Source: Utricularia gibba (Eukaryota > Plantae > Magnoliophyta). Taken from it: a stretch of DNA of 64,000 nucleotides. The notes below the pieces were generated by a model, which was not told the DNA's origin, searched no databases, and saw nothing but the letters and a program-made list of their open reading frames with translations. The DNA is taken from positions 10,717 to 74,716 of the forward strand of contig NEEC01000034.1 in assembly GCA_002189035.1 (NCBI GenBank). Reading direction: 5' to 3'. How positions within the stretch are numbered: the stretch's first letter is position 1; each line of letters starts with the position of its first letter. The position numbers were made by a program, and so were the translations under genes. Of the stretch, positions 1-12,020 are shown piece after piece.

Positions 1-4
1 GGCT

Positions 5-23
5 GCATCCCGAATGGTGATGC
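5..23 (+). other. Small hairpin, present in every copy
   Basis: GCATC(5-9)/GATGC(19-23) plus CC(10-11)/GG(16-17), T18 bulged, GAAT loop. Hand pairing only. Confidence 0.4.
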
Positions 24-122
24 GCAATGAAATGACTATGTCGCACATCCTGGTCCACGAAGCACCTCTTCGAAAACATGTAGAGCCTTACTCTTCATAG
101 CACACCATTGGGAAGCTTTATT

Positions 123-153
123 CGTGCTCCAAGTAATATCATATGGAGTTACG
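123..153 (-). other. Stem-loop whose loop contains TGATATTAC on the minus strand (rolling-circle-origin-like, tentative)
   Basis: CTCCA(127-131)/TGGAG(144-148) plus CGT(123-125)/ACG(151-153). The loop reads TATGATATTACT on the minus strand, versus geminiviral TATAATATTAC. Confidence 0.3.
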
Positions 154-238
154 TTTTTCCGATAACTGTGGACATATTAAAAACAACCTCAACGAAAAGT
201 GTCTTCCGTGTCCTTCCTTGGTGGCTGCGTCTAAGAAT

Positions 239-344
239 GTGCTTCTCGTTCTCGACATTGATGCAAATGGGATACACGGCAAAAGAATCAAATAGCCACT
301 AGAGACATGGTGTATGGGAATGGTGCATCAAGAATCAGAAGTAT
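239..344 (+). other. Long imperfect inverted repeat / hairpin, present in every copy
   Basis: 239-252 pairs with 331-344 (13 of 14 positions including three G-T pairs, one C-C mismatch). TGATGCA(259-265)/TGCATCA(324-330). ATACAC(272-277)/GTGTAT(310-315). Confidence 0.55.
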
Positions 345-399
345 CATAGCAACTAATTGAATCAATCAACAGCCAAAACATATGGTGTCAAACTTCATC

Positions 400-492
400 G
401 GATATGCGATCAAGATGGAAAAAAGTCACATGTTACATCATGAATTTCGTGGCATCACTTATCCCAACACTGTTGTATACTCAGGATATGCG
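400..492 (+). repeat. 9-bp direct repeat GGATATGCG within the monomer (400-408 and 484-492)
   Basis: Read directly from the sequence. Confidence 0.8.
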
Positions 493-3400
493 TAAATATT
501 TATTTTTAACAAATCCGGTGCACGTGTGATTTTTCGGCTGCATCCCGAATGGTGATGCGCAATGAAATGACTATGTCGCACATCCTGGTCCACGAAGCAC
601 CTCTTCGAAAACATGTAGAGCCTTACTCTTCATAGCACACCATTGGGAAGCTTTATTCGTGCTCCAAGTAATATCATATGGAGTTACGTTTTTCCGATAA
701 CTGTGGACATATTAAAAACAACCTCAACGAAAAGTGTCTTCCGTGTCCTTCCTTGGTGGCTGCGTCTAAGAATGTGCTTCTCGTTCTCGACATTGATGCA
801 AATGGGATACACGGCAAAAGAATCAAATAGCCACTAGAGACATGGTGTATGGGAATGGTGCATCAAGAATCAGAAGTATCATAGCAACTAATTGAATCAA
901 TCAACAGCCAAAACATATGGTGTCAAACTTCATCGGATATGCGATCAAGATGGAAAAAAGTCACATGTTACATCATGAATTTCGTGGCATCACTTATCCC
1001 AACACTGTTGTATACTCAGGATATGCGTAAATATTTATTTTTAACAAATCCGGTGCACGTGTGATTTTTCGGCTGCATCCCGAATGGTGATGCGCAATGA
1101 AATGACTATGTCGCACATCCTGGTCCACGAAGCACCTCTTCGAAACATGTAGAGCCTTACTCTTCATAGCACACCATTGGGAAGCTTTATTCGTGCTCCA
1201 AGTAATATCATATGGAGTTACGTTTTTCCGATAACTGTGGACATATTAAAAACAACCTCAACGAAAAGTGTCTTCCGTGTCCTTCCTTGGTGGCTGCGTC
1301 TAAGAATGTGCTTCTCGTTCTCGACATTGATGCAAATGGGATACACGGCAAAAGAATCAAATAGCCACTAGAGACATGGTGTATGGGAATGGTGCATCAA
1401 GAATCAGAAGTATCATAGCAACTAATTGAATCAATCAACAGCCAAAACATATGGTGTCAAACTTCATCGGATATGCGATCAAGATGGAAAAAAGTCACAT
1501 GTTACATCATGAATTTCGTGGCATCACTTATCCCAACACTGTTGTATACTCAGGATATGCGTAAATATTTATTTTTAACAAATCCGGTGCACGTGTGATT
1601 TTTCGGCTGCATCCCGAATGGTGATGCGCAATGAAATGACTATGTCGCACATCCTGGTCCACGAAGCACCTCTTCGAAACATGTAGAGCCTTACTCTTCA
1701 TAGCACACCATTGGGAAGCTTTATTCGTGCTCCAAGTAATATCATATGGAGTTACGTTTTTCCGATAACTGTGGACATATTAAAAACAACCTCAACGAAA
1801 AGTGTCTTCCGTGTCCTTCCTTGGTGGCTGCGTCTAAGAATGTGCTTCTCGTTCTCGACATTGATGCAAATGGGATACACGGCAAAAGAATCAAATAGCC
1901 ACTAGAGACATGGTGTATGGGAATGGTGCATCAAGAATCAGAAGTATCATAGCAACTAATTGAATCAATCAACAGCCAAAACATATGGTGTCAAACTTCA
2001 TCGGATATGCGATCAAGATGGAAAAAAGTCACATGTTACATCATGAATTTCGTGGCATCACTTATCCCAACACTGTTGTATACTCAGGATATGCGTAAAT
2101 ATTTATTTTTAACAAATCCGGTGCACGTGTGATTTTTCGGCTGCATCCCGAATGGTGATGCGCAATGAAATGACTATGTCGCACATCCTGGTCCACGAAG
2201 CACCTCTTCGAAAACATGTAGAGCCTTACTCTTCATAGCACACCATTGGGAAGCTTTATTCGTGCTCCAAGTAATATCATATGGAGTTACGTTTTTCCGA
2301 TAACTGTGGACATATTAAAAACAACCTCAACGAAAAGTGTCTTCCGTGTCCTTCCTTGGTGGCTGCGTCTAAGAATGTGCTTCTCGTTCTCGACATTGAT
2401 GCAAATGGGATACACGGCAAAAGAATCAAATAGCCACTAGAGACATGGTGTATGGGAATGGTGCATCAAGAATCAGAAGTATCATAGCAACTAATTGAAT
2501 CAATCAACAGCCAAAACATATGGTGTCAAACTTCATCGGATATGCGATCAAGATGGAAAAAAGTCACATGTTACATCATGAATTTCGTGGCATCACTTAT
2601 CCCAACACTGTTGTATACTCAGGATATGCGTAAATATTTATTTTTAACAAATCCGGTGCACGTGTGATTTTTCGGCTGCATCCCGAATGGTGATGCGCAA
2701 TGAAATGACTATGTCGCACATCCTGGTCCACGAAGCACCTCTTCGAAAACATGTAGAGCCTTACTCTTCATAGCACACCATTGGGAAGCTTTATTCGTGC
2801 TCCAAGTAATATCATATGGAGTTACGTTTTTCCGATAACTGTGGACATATTAAAAACAACCTCAACGAAAAGTGTCTTCCGTGTCCTTCCTTGGTGGCTG
2901 CGTCTAAGAATGTGCTTCTCGTTCTCGACATTGATGCAAATGGGATACACGGCAAAAGAATCAAATAGCCACTAGAGACATGGTGTATGGGAATGGTGCA
3001 TCAAGAATCAGAAGTATCATAGCAACTAATTGAATCAATCAACAGCCAAAACATATGGTGTCAAACTTCATCGGATATGCGATCAAGATGGAAAAAAGTC
3101 ACATGTTACATCATGAATTTCGTGGCATCACTTATCCCAACACTGTTGTATACTCAGGATATGCGTAAATATTTATTTTTAACAAATCCGGTGCACGTGT
3201 GATTTTTCGGCTGCATCCCGAATGGTGATGCGCAATGAAATGACTATGTCGCACATCCTGGTCCACGAAGCACCTCTTCGAAAACATGTAGAGCCTTACT
3301 CTTCATAGCACACCATTGGGAAGCTTTATTCGTGCTCCAAGTAATATCATATGGAGTTACGTTTTTCCGATAACTGTGGACATATTAAAAACAACCTCAA

Positions 3401-6400
3401 CGAAAAGTGTCTTCCGTGTCCTTCCTTGGTGGCTGCGTCTAAGAATGTGCTTCTCGTTCTCGACATTGATGCAAATGGGATACACGGCAAAAGAATCAAA
3501 TAGCCACTAGAGACATGGTGTATGGGAATGGTGCATCAAGAATCAGAAGTATCATAGCAACTAATTGAATCAATCAACAGCCAAAACATATGGTGTCAAA
3601 CTTCATCGGATATGCGATCAAGATGGAAAAAAGTCACATGTTACATCATGAATTTCGTGGCATCACTTATCCCAACACTGTTGTATACTCAGGATATGCG
3701 TAAATATTTATTTTTAACAAATCCGGTGCACGTGTGATTTTTCGGCTGCATCCCGAATGGTGATGCGCAATGAAATGACTATGTCGCACATCCTGGTCCA
3801 CGAAGCACCTCTTCGAAAACATGTAGAGCCTTACTCTTCATAGCACACCATTGGGAAGCTTTATTCGTGCTCCAAGTAATATCATATGGAGTTACGTTTT
3901 TCCGATAACTGTGGACATATTAAAAACAACCTCAACGAAAAGTGTCTTCCGTGTCCTTCCTTGGTGGCTGCGTCTAAGAATGTGCTTCTCGTTCTCGACA
4001 TTGATGCAAATGGGATACACGGCAAAAGAATCAAATAGCCACTAGAGACATGGTGTATGGGAATGGTGCATCAAGAATCAGAAGTATCATAGCAACTAAT
4101 TGAATCAATCAACAGCCAAAACATATGGTGTCAAACTTCATCGGATATGCGATCAAGATGGAAAAAAGTCACATGTTACATCATGAATTTCGTGGCATCA
4201 CTTATCCCAACACTGTTGTATACTCAGGATATGCGTAAATATTTATTTTTAACAAATCCGGTGCACGTGTGATTTTTCGGCTGCATCCCGAATGGTGATG
4301 CGCAATGAAATGACTATGTCGCACATCCTGGTCCACGAAGCACCTCTTCGAAACATGTAGAGCCTTACTCTTCATAGCACACCATTGGGAAGCTTTATTC
4401 GTGCTCCAAGTAATATCATATGGAGTTACGTTTTTCCGATAACTGTGGACATATTAAAAACAACCTCAACGAAAAGTGTCTTCCGTGTCCTTCCTTGGTG
4501 GCTGCGTCTAAGAATGTGCTTCTCGTTCTCGACATTGATGCAAATGGGATACACGGCAAAAGAATCAAATAGCCACTAGAGACATGGTGTATGGGAATGG
4601 TGCATCAAGAATCAGAAGTATCATAGCAACTAATTGAATCAATCAACAGCCAAAACATATGGTGTCAAACTTCATCGGATATGCGATCAAGATGGAAAAA
4701 AGTCACATGTTACATCATGAATTTCGTGGCATCACTTATCCCAACACTGTTGTATACTCAGGATATGCGTAAATATTTATTTTTAACAAATCCGGTGCAC
4801 GTGTGATTTTTCGGCTGCATCCCGAATGGTGATGCGCAATGAAATGACTATGTCGCACATCCTGGTCCACGAAGCACCTCTTCGAAAACATGTAGAGCCT
4901 TACTCTTCATAGCACACCATTGGGAAGCTTTATTCGTGCTCCAAGTAATATCATATGGAGTTACGTTTTTCCGATAACTGTGGACATATTAAAAACAACC
5001 TCAACGAAAAGTGTCTTCCGTGTCCTTCCTTGGTGGCTGCGTCTAAGAATGTGCTTCTCGTTCTCGACATTGATGCAAATGGGATACACGGCAAAAGAAT
5101 CAAATAGCCACTAGAGACATGGTGTATGGGAATGGTGCATCAAGAATCAGAAGTATCATAGCAACTAATTGAATCAATCAACAGCCAAAACATATGGTGT
5201 CAAACTTCATCGGATATGCGATCAAGATGGAAAAAAGTCACATGTTACATCATGAATTTCGTGGCATCACTTATCCCAACACTGTTGTATACTCAGGATA
5301 TGCGTAAATATTTATTTTTAACAAATCCGGTGCACGTGTGATTTTTCGGCTGCATCCCGAATGGTGATGCGCAATGAAATGACTATGTCGCACATCCTGG
5401 TCCACGAAGCACCTCTTCGAAACATGTAGAGCCTTACTCTTCATAGCACACCATTGGGAAGCTTTATTCGTGCTCCAAGTAATATCATATGGAGTTACGT
5501 TTTTCCGATAACTGTGGACATATTAAAAACAACCTCAACGAAAAGTGTCTTCCGTGTCCTTCCTTGGTGGCTGCGTCTAAGAATGTGCTTCTCGTTCTCG
5601 ACATTGATGCAAATGGGATACACGGCAAAAGAATCAAATAGCCACTAGAGACATGGTGTATGGGAATGGTGCATCAAGAATCAGAAGTATCATAGCAACT
5701 AATTGAATCAATCAACAGCCAAAACATATGGTGTCAAACTTCATCGGATATGCGATCAAGATGGAAAAAAGTCACATGTTACATCATGAATTTCGTGGCA
5801 TCACTTATCCCAACACTGTTGTATACTCAGGATATGCGTAAATATTTATTTTTAACAAATCCGGTGCACGTGTGATTTTTCGGCTGCATCCCGAATGGTG
5901 ATGCGCAATGAAATGACTATGTCGCACATCCTGGTCCACGAAGCACCTCTTCGAAAACATGTAGAGCCTTACTCTTCATAGCACACCATTGGGAAGCTTT
6001 ATTCGTGCTCCAAGTAATATCATATGGAGTTACGTTTTTCCGATAACTGTGGACATATTAAAAACAACCTCAACGAAAAGTGTCTTCCGTGTCCTTCCTT
6101 GGTGGCTGCGTCTAAGAATGTGCTTCTCGTTCTCGACATTGATGCAAATGGGATACACGGCAAAAGAATCAAATAGCCACTAGAGACATGGTGTATGGGA
6201 ATGGTGCATCAAGAATCAGAAGTATCATAGCAACTAATTGAATCAATCAACAGCCAAAACATATGGTGTCAAACTTCATCGGATATGCGATCAAGATGGA
6301 AAAAAGTCACATGTTACATCATGAATTTCGTGGCATCACTTATCCCAACACTGTTGTATACTCAGGATATGCGTAAATATTTATTTTTAACAAATCCGGT

Positions 6401-9400
6401 GCACGTGTGATTTTTCGGCTGCATCCCGAATGGTGATGCGCAATGAAATGACTATGTCGCACATCCTGGTCCACGAAGCACCTCTTCGAAACATGTAGAG
6501 CCTTACTCTTCATAGCACACCATTGGGAAGCTTTATTCGTGCTCCAAGTAATATCATATGGAGTTACGTTTTCCGATAACTGTGGACATATTAAAAACAA
6601 CCTCAACGAAAAGTGTCTTCCGTGTCCTTCCTTGGTGGCTGCGTCTAAGAATGTGCTTCTCGTTCTCGACATTGATGCAAATGGGATACACGGCAAAAGA
6701 ATCAAATAGCCACTAGAGACATGGTGTATGGGAATGGTGCATCAAGAATCAGAAGTATCATAGCAACTAATTGAATCAATCAACAGCCAAAACATATGGT
6801 GTCAAACTTCATCGGATATGCGATCAAGATGGAAAAAAGTCACATGTTACATCATGAATTTCGTGGCATCACTTATCCCAACACTGTTGTATACTCAGGA
6901 TATGCGTAAATATTTATTTTTAACAAATCCGGTGCACGTGTGATTTTTCGGCTGCATCCCGAATGGTGATGCGCAATGAAATGACTATGTCGCACATCCT
7001 GGTCCACGAAGCACCTCTTCGAAAACATGTAGAGCCTTACTCTTCATAGCACACCATTGGGAAGCTTTATTCGTGCTCCAAGTAATATCATATGGAGTTA
7101 CGTTTTTCCGATAACTGTGGACATATTAAAAACAACCTCAACGAAAAGTGTCTTCCGTGTCCTTCCTTGGTGGCTGCGTCTAAGAATGTGCTTCTCGTTC
7201 TCGACATTGATGCAAATGGGATACACGGCAAAAGAATCAAATAGCCACTAGAGACATGGTGTATGGGAATGGTGCATCAAGAATCAGAAGTATCATAGCA
7301 ACTAATTGAATCAATCAACAGCCAAAACATATGGTGTCAAACTTCATCGGATATGCGATCAAGATGGAAAAAAGTCACATGTTACATCATGAATTTCGTG
7401 GCATCACTTATCCCAACACTGTTGTATACTCAGGATATGCGTAAATATTTATTTTTAACAAATCCGGTGCACGTGTGATTTTTCGGCTGCATCCCGAATG
7501 GTGATGCGCAATGAAATGACTATGTCGCACATCCTGGTCCACGAAGCACCTCTTCGAAACATGTAGAGCCTTACTCTTCATAGCACACCATTGGGAAGCT
7601 TTATTCGTGCTCCAAGTAATATCATATGGAGTTACGTTTTTCCGATAACTGTGGACATATTAAAAACAACCTCAACGAAAAGTGTCTTCCGTGTCCTTCC
7701 TTGGTGGCTGCGTCTAAGAATGTGCTTCTCGTTCTCGACATTGATGCAAATGGGATACACGGCAAAAGAATCAAATAGCCACTAGAGACATGGTGTATGG
7801 GAATGGTGCATCAAGAATCAGAAGTATCATAGCAACTAATTGAATCAATCAACAGCCAAAACATATGGTGTCAAACTTCATCGGATATGCGATCAAGATG
7901 GAAAAAAGTCACATGTTACATCATGAATTTCGTGGCATCACTTATCCCAACACTGTTGTATACTCAGGATATGCGTAAATATTTATTTTTAACAAATCCG
8001 GTGCACGTGTGATTTTTCGGCTGCATCCCGAATGGTGATGCGCAATGAAATGACTATGTCGCACATCCTGGTCCACGAAGCACCTCTTCGAAAACATGTA
8101 GAGCCTTACTCTTCATAGCACACCATTGGGAAGCTTTATTCGTGCTCCAAGTAATATCATATGGAGTTACGTTTTTCCGATAACTGTGGACATATTAAAA
8201 ACAACCTCAACGAAAAGTGTCTTCCGTGTCCTTCCTTGGTGGCTGCGTCTAAGAATGTGCTTCTCGTTCTCGACATTGATGCAAATGGGATACACGGCAA
8301 AAGAATCAAATAGCCACTAGAGACATGGTGTATGGGAATGGTGCATCAAGAATCAGAAGTATCATAGCAACTAATTGAATCAATCAACAGCCAAAACATA
8401 TGGTGTCAAACTTCATCGGATATGCGATCAAGATGGAAAAAAGTCACATGTTACATCATGAATTTCGTGGCATCACTTATCCCAACACTGTTGTATACTC
8501 AGGATATGCGTAAATATTTATTTTTAACAAATCCGGTGCACGTGTGATTTTTCGGCTGCATCCCGAATGGTGATGCGCAATGAAATGACTATGTCGCACA
8601 TCCTGGTCCACGAAGCACCTCTTCGAAAACATGTAGAGCCTTACTCTTCATAGCACACCATTGGGAAGCTTTATTCGTGCTCCAAGTAATATCATATGGA
8701 GTTACGTTTTTCCGATAACTGTGGACATATTAAAAACAACCTCAACGAAAAGTGTCTTCCGTGTCCTTCCTTGGTGGCTGCGTCTAAGAATGTGCTTCTC
8801 GTTCTCGACATTGATGCAAATGGGATACACGGCAAAAGAATCAAATAGCCACTAGAGACATGGTGTATGGGAATGGTGCATCAAGAATCAGAAGTATCAT
8901 AGCAACTAATTGAATCAATCAACAGCCAAAACATATGGTGTCAAACTTCATCGGATATGCGATCAAGATGGAAAAAAGTCACATGTTACATCATGAATTT
9001 CGTGGCATCACTTATCCCAACACTGTTGTATACTCAGGATATGCGTAAATATTTATTTTTAACAAATCCGGTGCACGTGTGATTTTTCGGCTGCATCCCG
9101 AATGGTGATGCGCAATGAAATGACTATGTCGCACATCCTGGTCCACGAAGCACCTCTTCGAAACATGTAGAGCCTTACTCTTCATAGCACACCATTGGGA
9201 AGCTTTATTCGTGCTCCAAGTAATATCATATGGAGTTACGTTTTTCCGATAACTGTGGACATATTAAAAACAACCTCAACGAAAAGTGTCTTCCGTGTCC
9301 TTCCTTGGTGGCTGCGTCTAAGAATGTGCTTCTCGTTCTCGACATTGATGCAAATGGGATACACGGCAAAAGAATCAAATAGCCACTAGAGACATGGTGT

Positions 9401-12020
9401 ATGGGAATGGTGCATCAAGAATCAGAAGTATCATAGCAACTAATTGAATCAATCAACAGCCAAAACATATGGTGTCAAACTTCATCGGATATGCGATCAA
9501 GATGGAAAAAAGTCACATGTTACATCATGAATTTCGTGGCATCACTTATCCCAACACTGTTGTATACTCAGGATATGCGTAAATATTTATTTTTAACAAA
9601 TCCGGTGCACGTGTGATTTTTCGGCTGCATCCCGAATGGTGATGCGCAATGAAATGACTATGTCGCACATCCTGGTCCACGAAGCACCTCTTCGAAAACA
9701 TGTAGAGCCTTACTCTTCATAGCACACCATTGGGAAGCTTTATTCGTGCTCCAAGTAATATCATATGGAGTTACGTTTTTCCGATAACTGTGGACATATT
9801 AAAAACAACCTCAACGAAAAGTGTCTTCCGTGTCCTTCCTTGGTGGCTGCGTCTAAGAATGTGCTTCTCGTTCTCGACATTGATGCAAATGGGATACACG
9901 GCAAAAGAATCAAATAGCCACTAGAGACATGGTGTATGGGAATGGTGCATCAAGAATCAGAAGTATCATAGCAACTAATTGAATCAATCAACAGCCAAAA
10001 CATATGGTGTCAAACTTCATCGGATATGCGATCAAGATGGAAAAAAGTCACATGTTACATCATGAATTTCGTGGCATCACTTATCCCAACACTGTTGTAT
10101 ACTCAGGATATGCGTAAATATTTATTTTTAACAAATCCGGTGCACGTGTGATTTTTCGGCTGCATCCCGAATGGTGATGCGCAATGAAATGACTATGTCG
10201 CACATCCTGGTCCACGAAGCACCTCTTCGAAACATGTAGAGCCTTACTCTTCATAGCACACCATTGGGAAGCTTTATTCGTGCTCCAAGTAATATCATAT
10301 GGAGTTACGTTTTTCCGATAACTGTGGACATATTAAAAACAACCTCAACGAAAAGTGTCTTCCGTGTCCTTCCTTGGTGGCTGCGTCTAAGAATGTGCTT
10401 CTCGTTCTCGACATTGATGCAAATGGGATACACGGCAAAAGAATCAAATAGCCACTAGAGACATGGTGTATGGGAATGGTGCATCAAGAATCAGAAGTAT
10501 CATAGCAACTAATTGAATCAATCAACAGCCAAAACATATGGTGTCAAACTTCATCGGATATGCGATCAAGATGGAAAAAAGTCACATGTTACATCATGAA
10601 TTTCGTGGCATCACTTATCCCAACACTGTTGTATACTCAGGATATGCGTAAATATTTATTTTTAACAAATCCGGTGCACGTGTGATTTTTCGGCTGCATC
10701 CCGAATGGTGATGCGCAATGAAATGACTATGTCGCACATCCTGGTCCACGAAGCACCTCTTCGAAAACATGTAGAGCCTTACTCTTCATAGCACACCATT
10801 GGGAAGCTTTATTCGTGCTCCAAGTAATATCATATGGAGTTACGTTTTTCCGATAACTGTGGACATATTAAAAACAACCTCAACGAAAAGTGTCTTCCGT
10901 GTCCTTCCTTGGTGGCTGCGTCTAAGAATGTGCTTCTCGTTCTCGACATTGATGCAAATGGGATACACGGCAAAAGAATCAAATAGCCACTAGAGACATG
11001 GTGTATGGGAATGGTGCATCAAGAATCAGAAGTATCATAGCAACTAATTGAATCAATCAACAGCCAAAACATATGGTGTCAAACTTCATCGGATATGCGA
11101 TCAAGATGGAAAAAAGTCACATGTTACATCATGAATTTCGTGGCATCACTTATCCCAACACTGTTGTATACTCAGGATATGCGTAAATATTTATTTTTAA
11201 CAAATCCGGTGCACGTGTGATTTTTCGGCTGCATCCCGAATGGTGATGCGCAATGAAATGACTATGTCGCACATCCTGGTCCACGAAGCACCTCTTCGAA
11301 ACATGTAGAGCCTTACTCTTCATAGCACACCATTGGGAAGCTTTATTCGTGCTCCAAGTAATATCATATGGAGTTACGTTTTTCCGATAACTGTGGACAT
11401 ATTAAAAACAACCTCAACGAAAAGTGTCTTCCGTGTCCTTCCTTGGTGGCTGCGTCTAAGAATGTGCTTCTCGTTCTCGACATTGATGCAAATGGGATCA
11501 CACTAGAGACAATGGGAATGGTGCATCAAGAATCAGAAGTATCATAGCAACTAATTGAATCAATCAACAGCCAAAACACATGGTGTCCCATGGGCATCAC
11601 TGCTCAGCGTAAATCAAATACGTGTGAAAATTGTGTCAATGACCGTGGGTGTCAAACTTCATCGGATATGCGATCAAGATGGAAAAAAGTCACATGTTAC
11701 ATCATGAATTTCGTGGCATCACTTATCCCAACACTGTTGTATACTCAGGATATGCGTAAATATTTATTTTTAACAAATCCGGTGCACGTGTGATTTTTCG
11801 GCTGCATCCCGAATGGTGATGCGCAATGAAATGACTATGTCGCACATCCTGGTCCACGAAGCACCTCTTCGAAAACATGTAGAGCCTTACTCTTCATAGC
11901 ACACCATTGGGAAGCTTTATTCGTGCTCCAAGTAATATCATATGGAGTTACGTTTTCCGATAACTGTGGACATATTAAAAACAACCTCAACGAAAAGTGT
12001 CTTCCGTGTCCTTCCTTGGT

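Larger units (their letters stand above)
1..535. repeat. Consensus monomer (start point arbitrary): 535 bp, about 41% GC, apparently non-coding, one HindIII site (113-118) and one BstBI site (69-74)
   Basis: Read directly; the next copy starts at 536. Hand count gives 219 G+C of 535. Hand translation shows stops in all six frames. Confidence 0.97.

Noticed and set aside
43-170. Decayed retrotransposon pol fragment on the minus strand (RKNVTPYDITWSTNKASQW...)
   Set aside because: The resemblance is superficial, flanked by stops, and has no catalytic motifs.
127-235. Hairpin (paperclip) ribozyme on the minus strand (ATATTAC-TTGG with upstream CCAA-GGAAGGA-CAC)
   Set aside because: The loop-B 5' strand lacks the conserved A24/C25, helix 4 does not pair, loop A reads AGAC, and I found no matching N^GUC substrate arm. 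An Infernal scan would settle it.
108-302. Repeated 64-aa ORF (MGSFIRAPSN...ESNSH) as a real gene
   Set aside because: It starts at TTG, has no convincing ribosome-binding site and no recognisable domain. Its recurrence only reflects the repeat.
301-313. Kinetoplast minicircle CSB-3 (TGGTGTA)
   Set aside because: Only the 3' part of GGGGTTGGTGTA matches, and no CSB-1/CSB-2 was seen.
357-386. Sigma70 promoter (TTGAAT-N18-TATGGT)
   Set aside because: Each box matches only 4 of 6, the spacing is suboptimal, and such matches are expected by chance.
470-484. LexA SOS box (CTGTTGTATACTCAG)
   Set aside because: The spacing is CTG-N9-CAG, not N10.
400-524. 5S rDNA tandem unit (ATGCGATCA on plus and TGCACCGGAT on minus resemble plant 5S)
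   Set aside because: The two short matches are on opposite strands, do not extend, and the rest of the 5S sequence is absent.
1-535. Hammerhead ribozyme
   Set aside because: No CTGANGA core on either strand: the plus strand has no CTGA, and the minus strand gives CTGATTC and CTGAGTA.
526-540. Sm site / spliced-leader or snRNA gene array (GATTTTTCGG)
   Set aside because: The C breaks the RAU(n)GR consensus, and I recognised no SL or U snRNA sequence in the unit.
6340-6705. 121-aa and similar longer minus-strand ORFs (also 47014-47361, 21715-21969, 61310-61597)
   Set aside because: They exist only where 1-bp indels fuse frames in single copies and are absent from the consensus.
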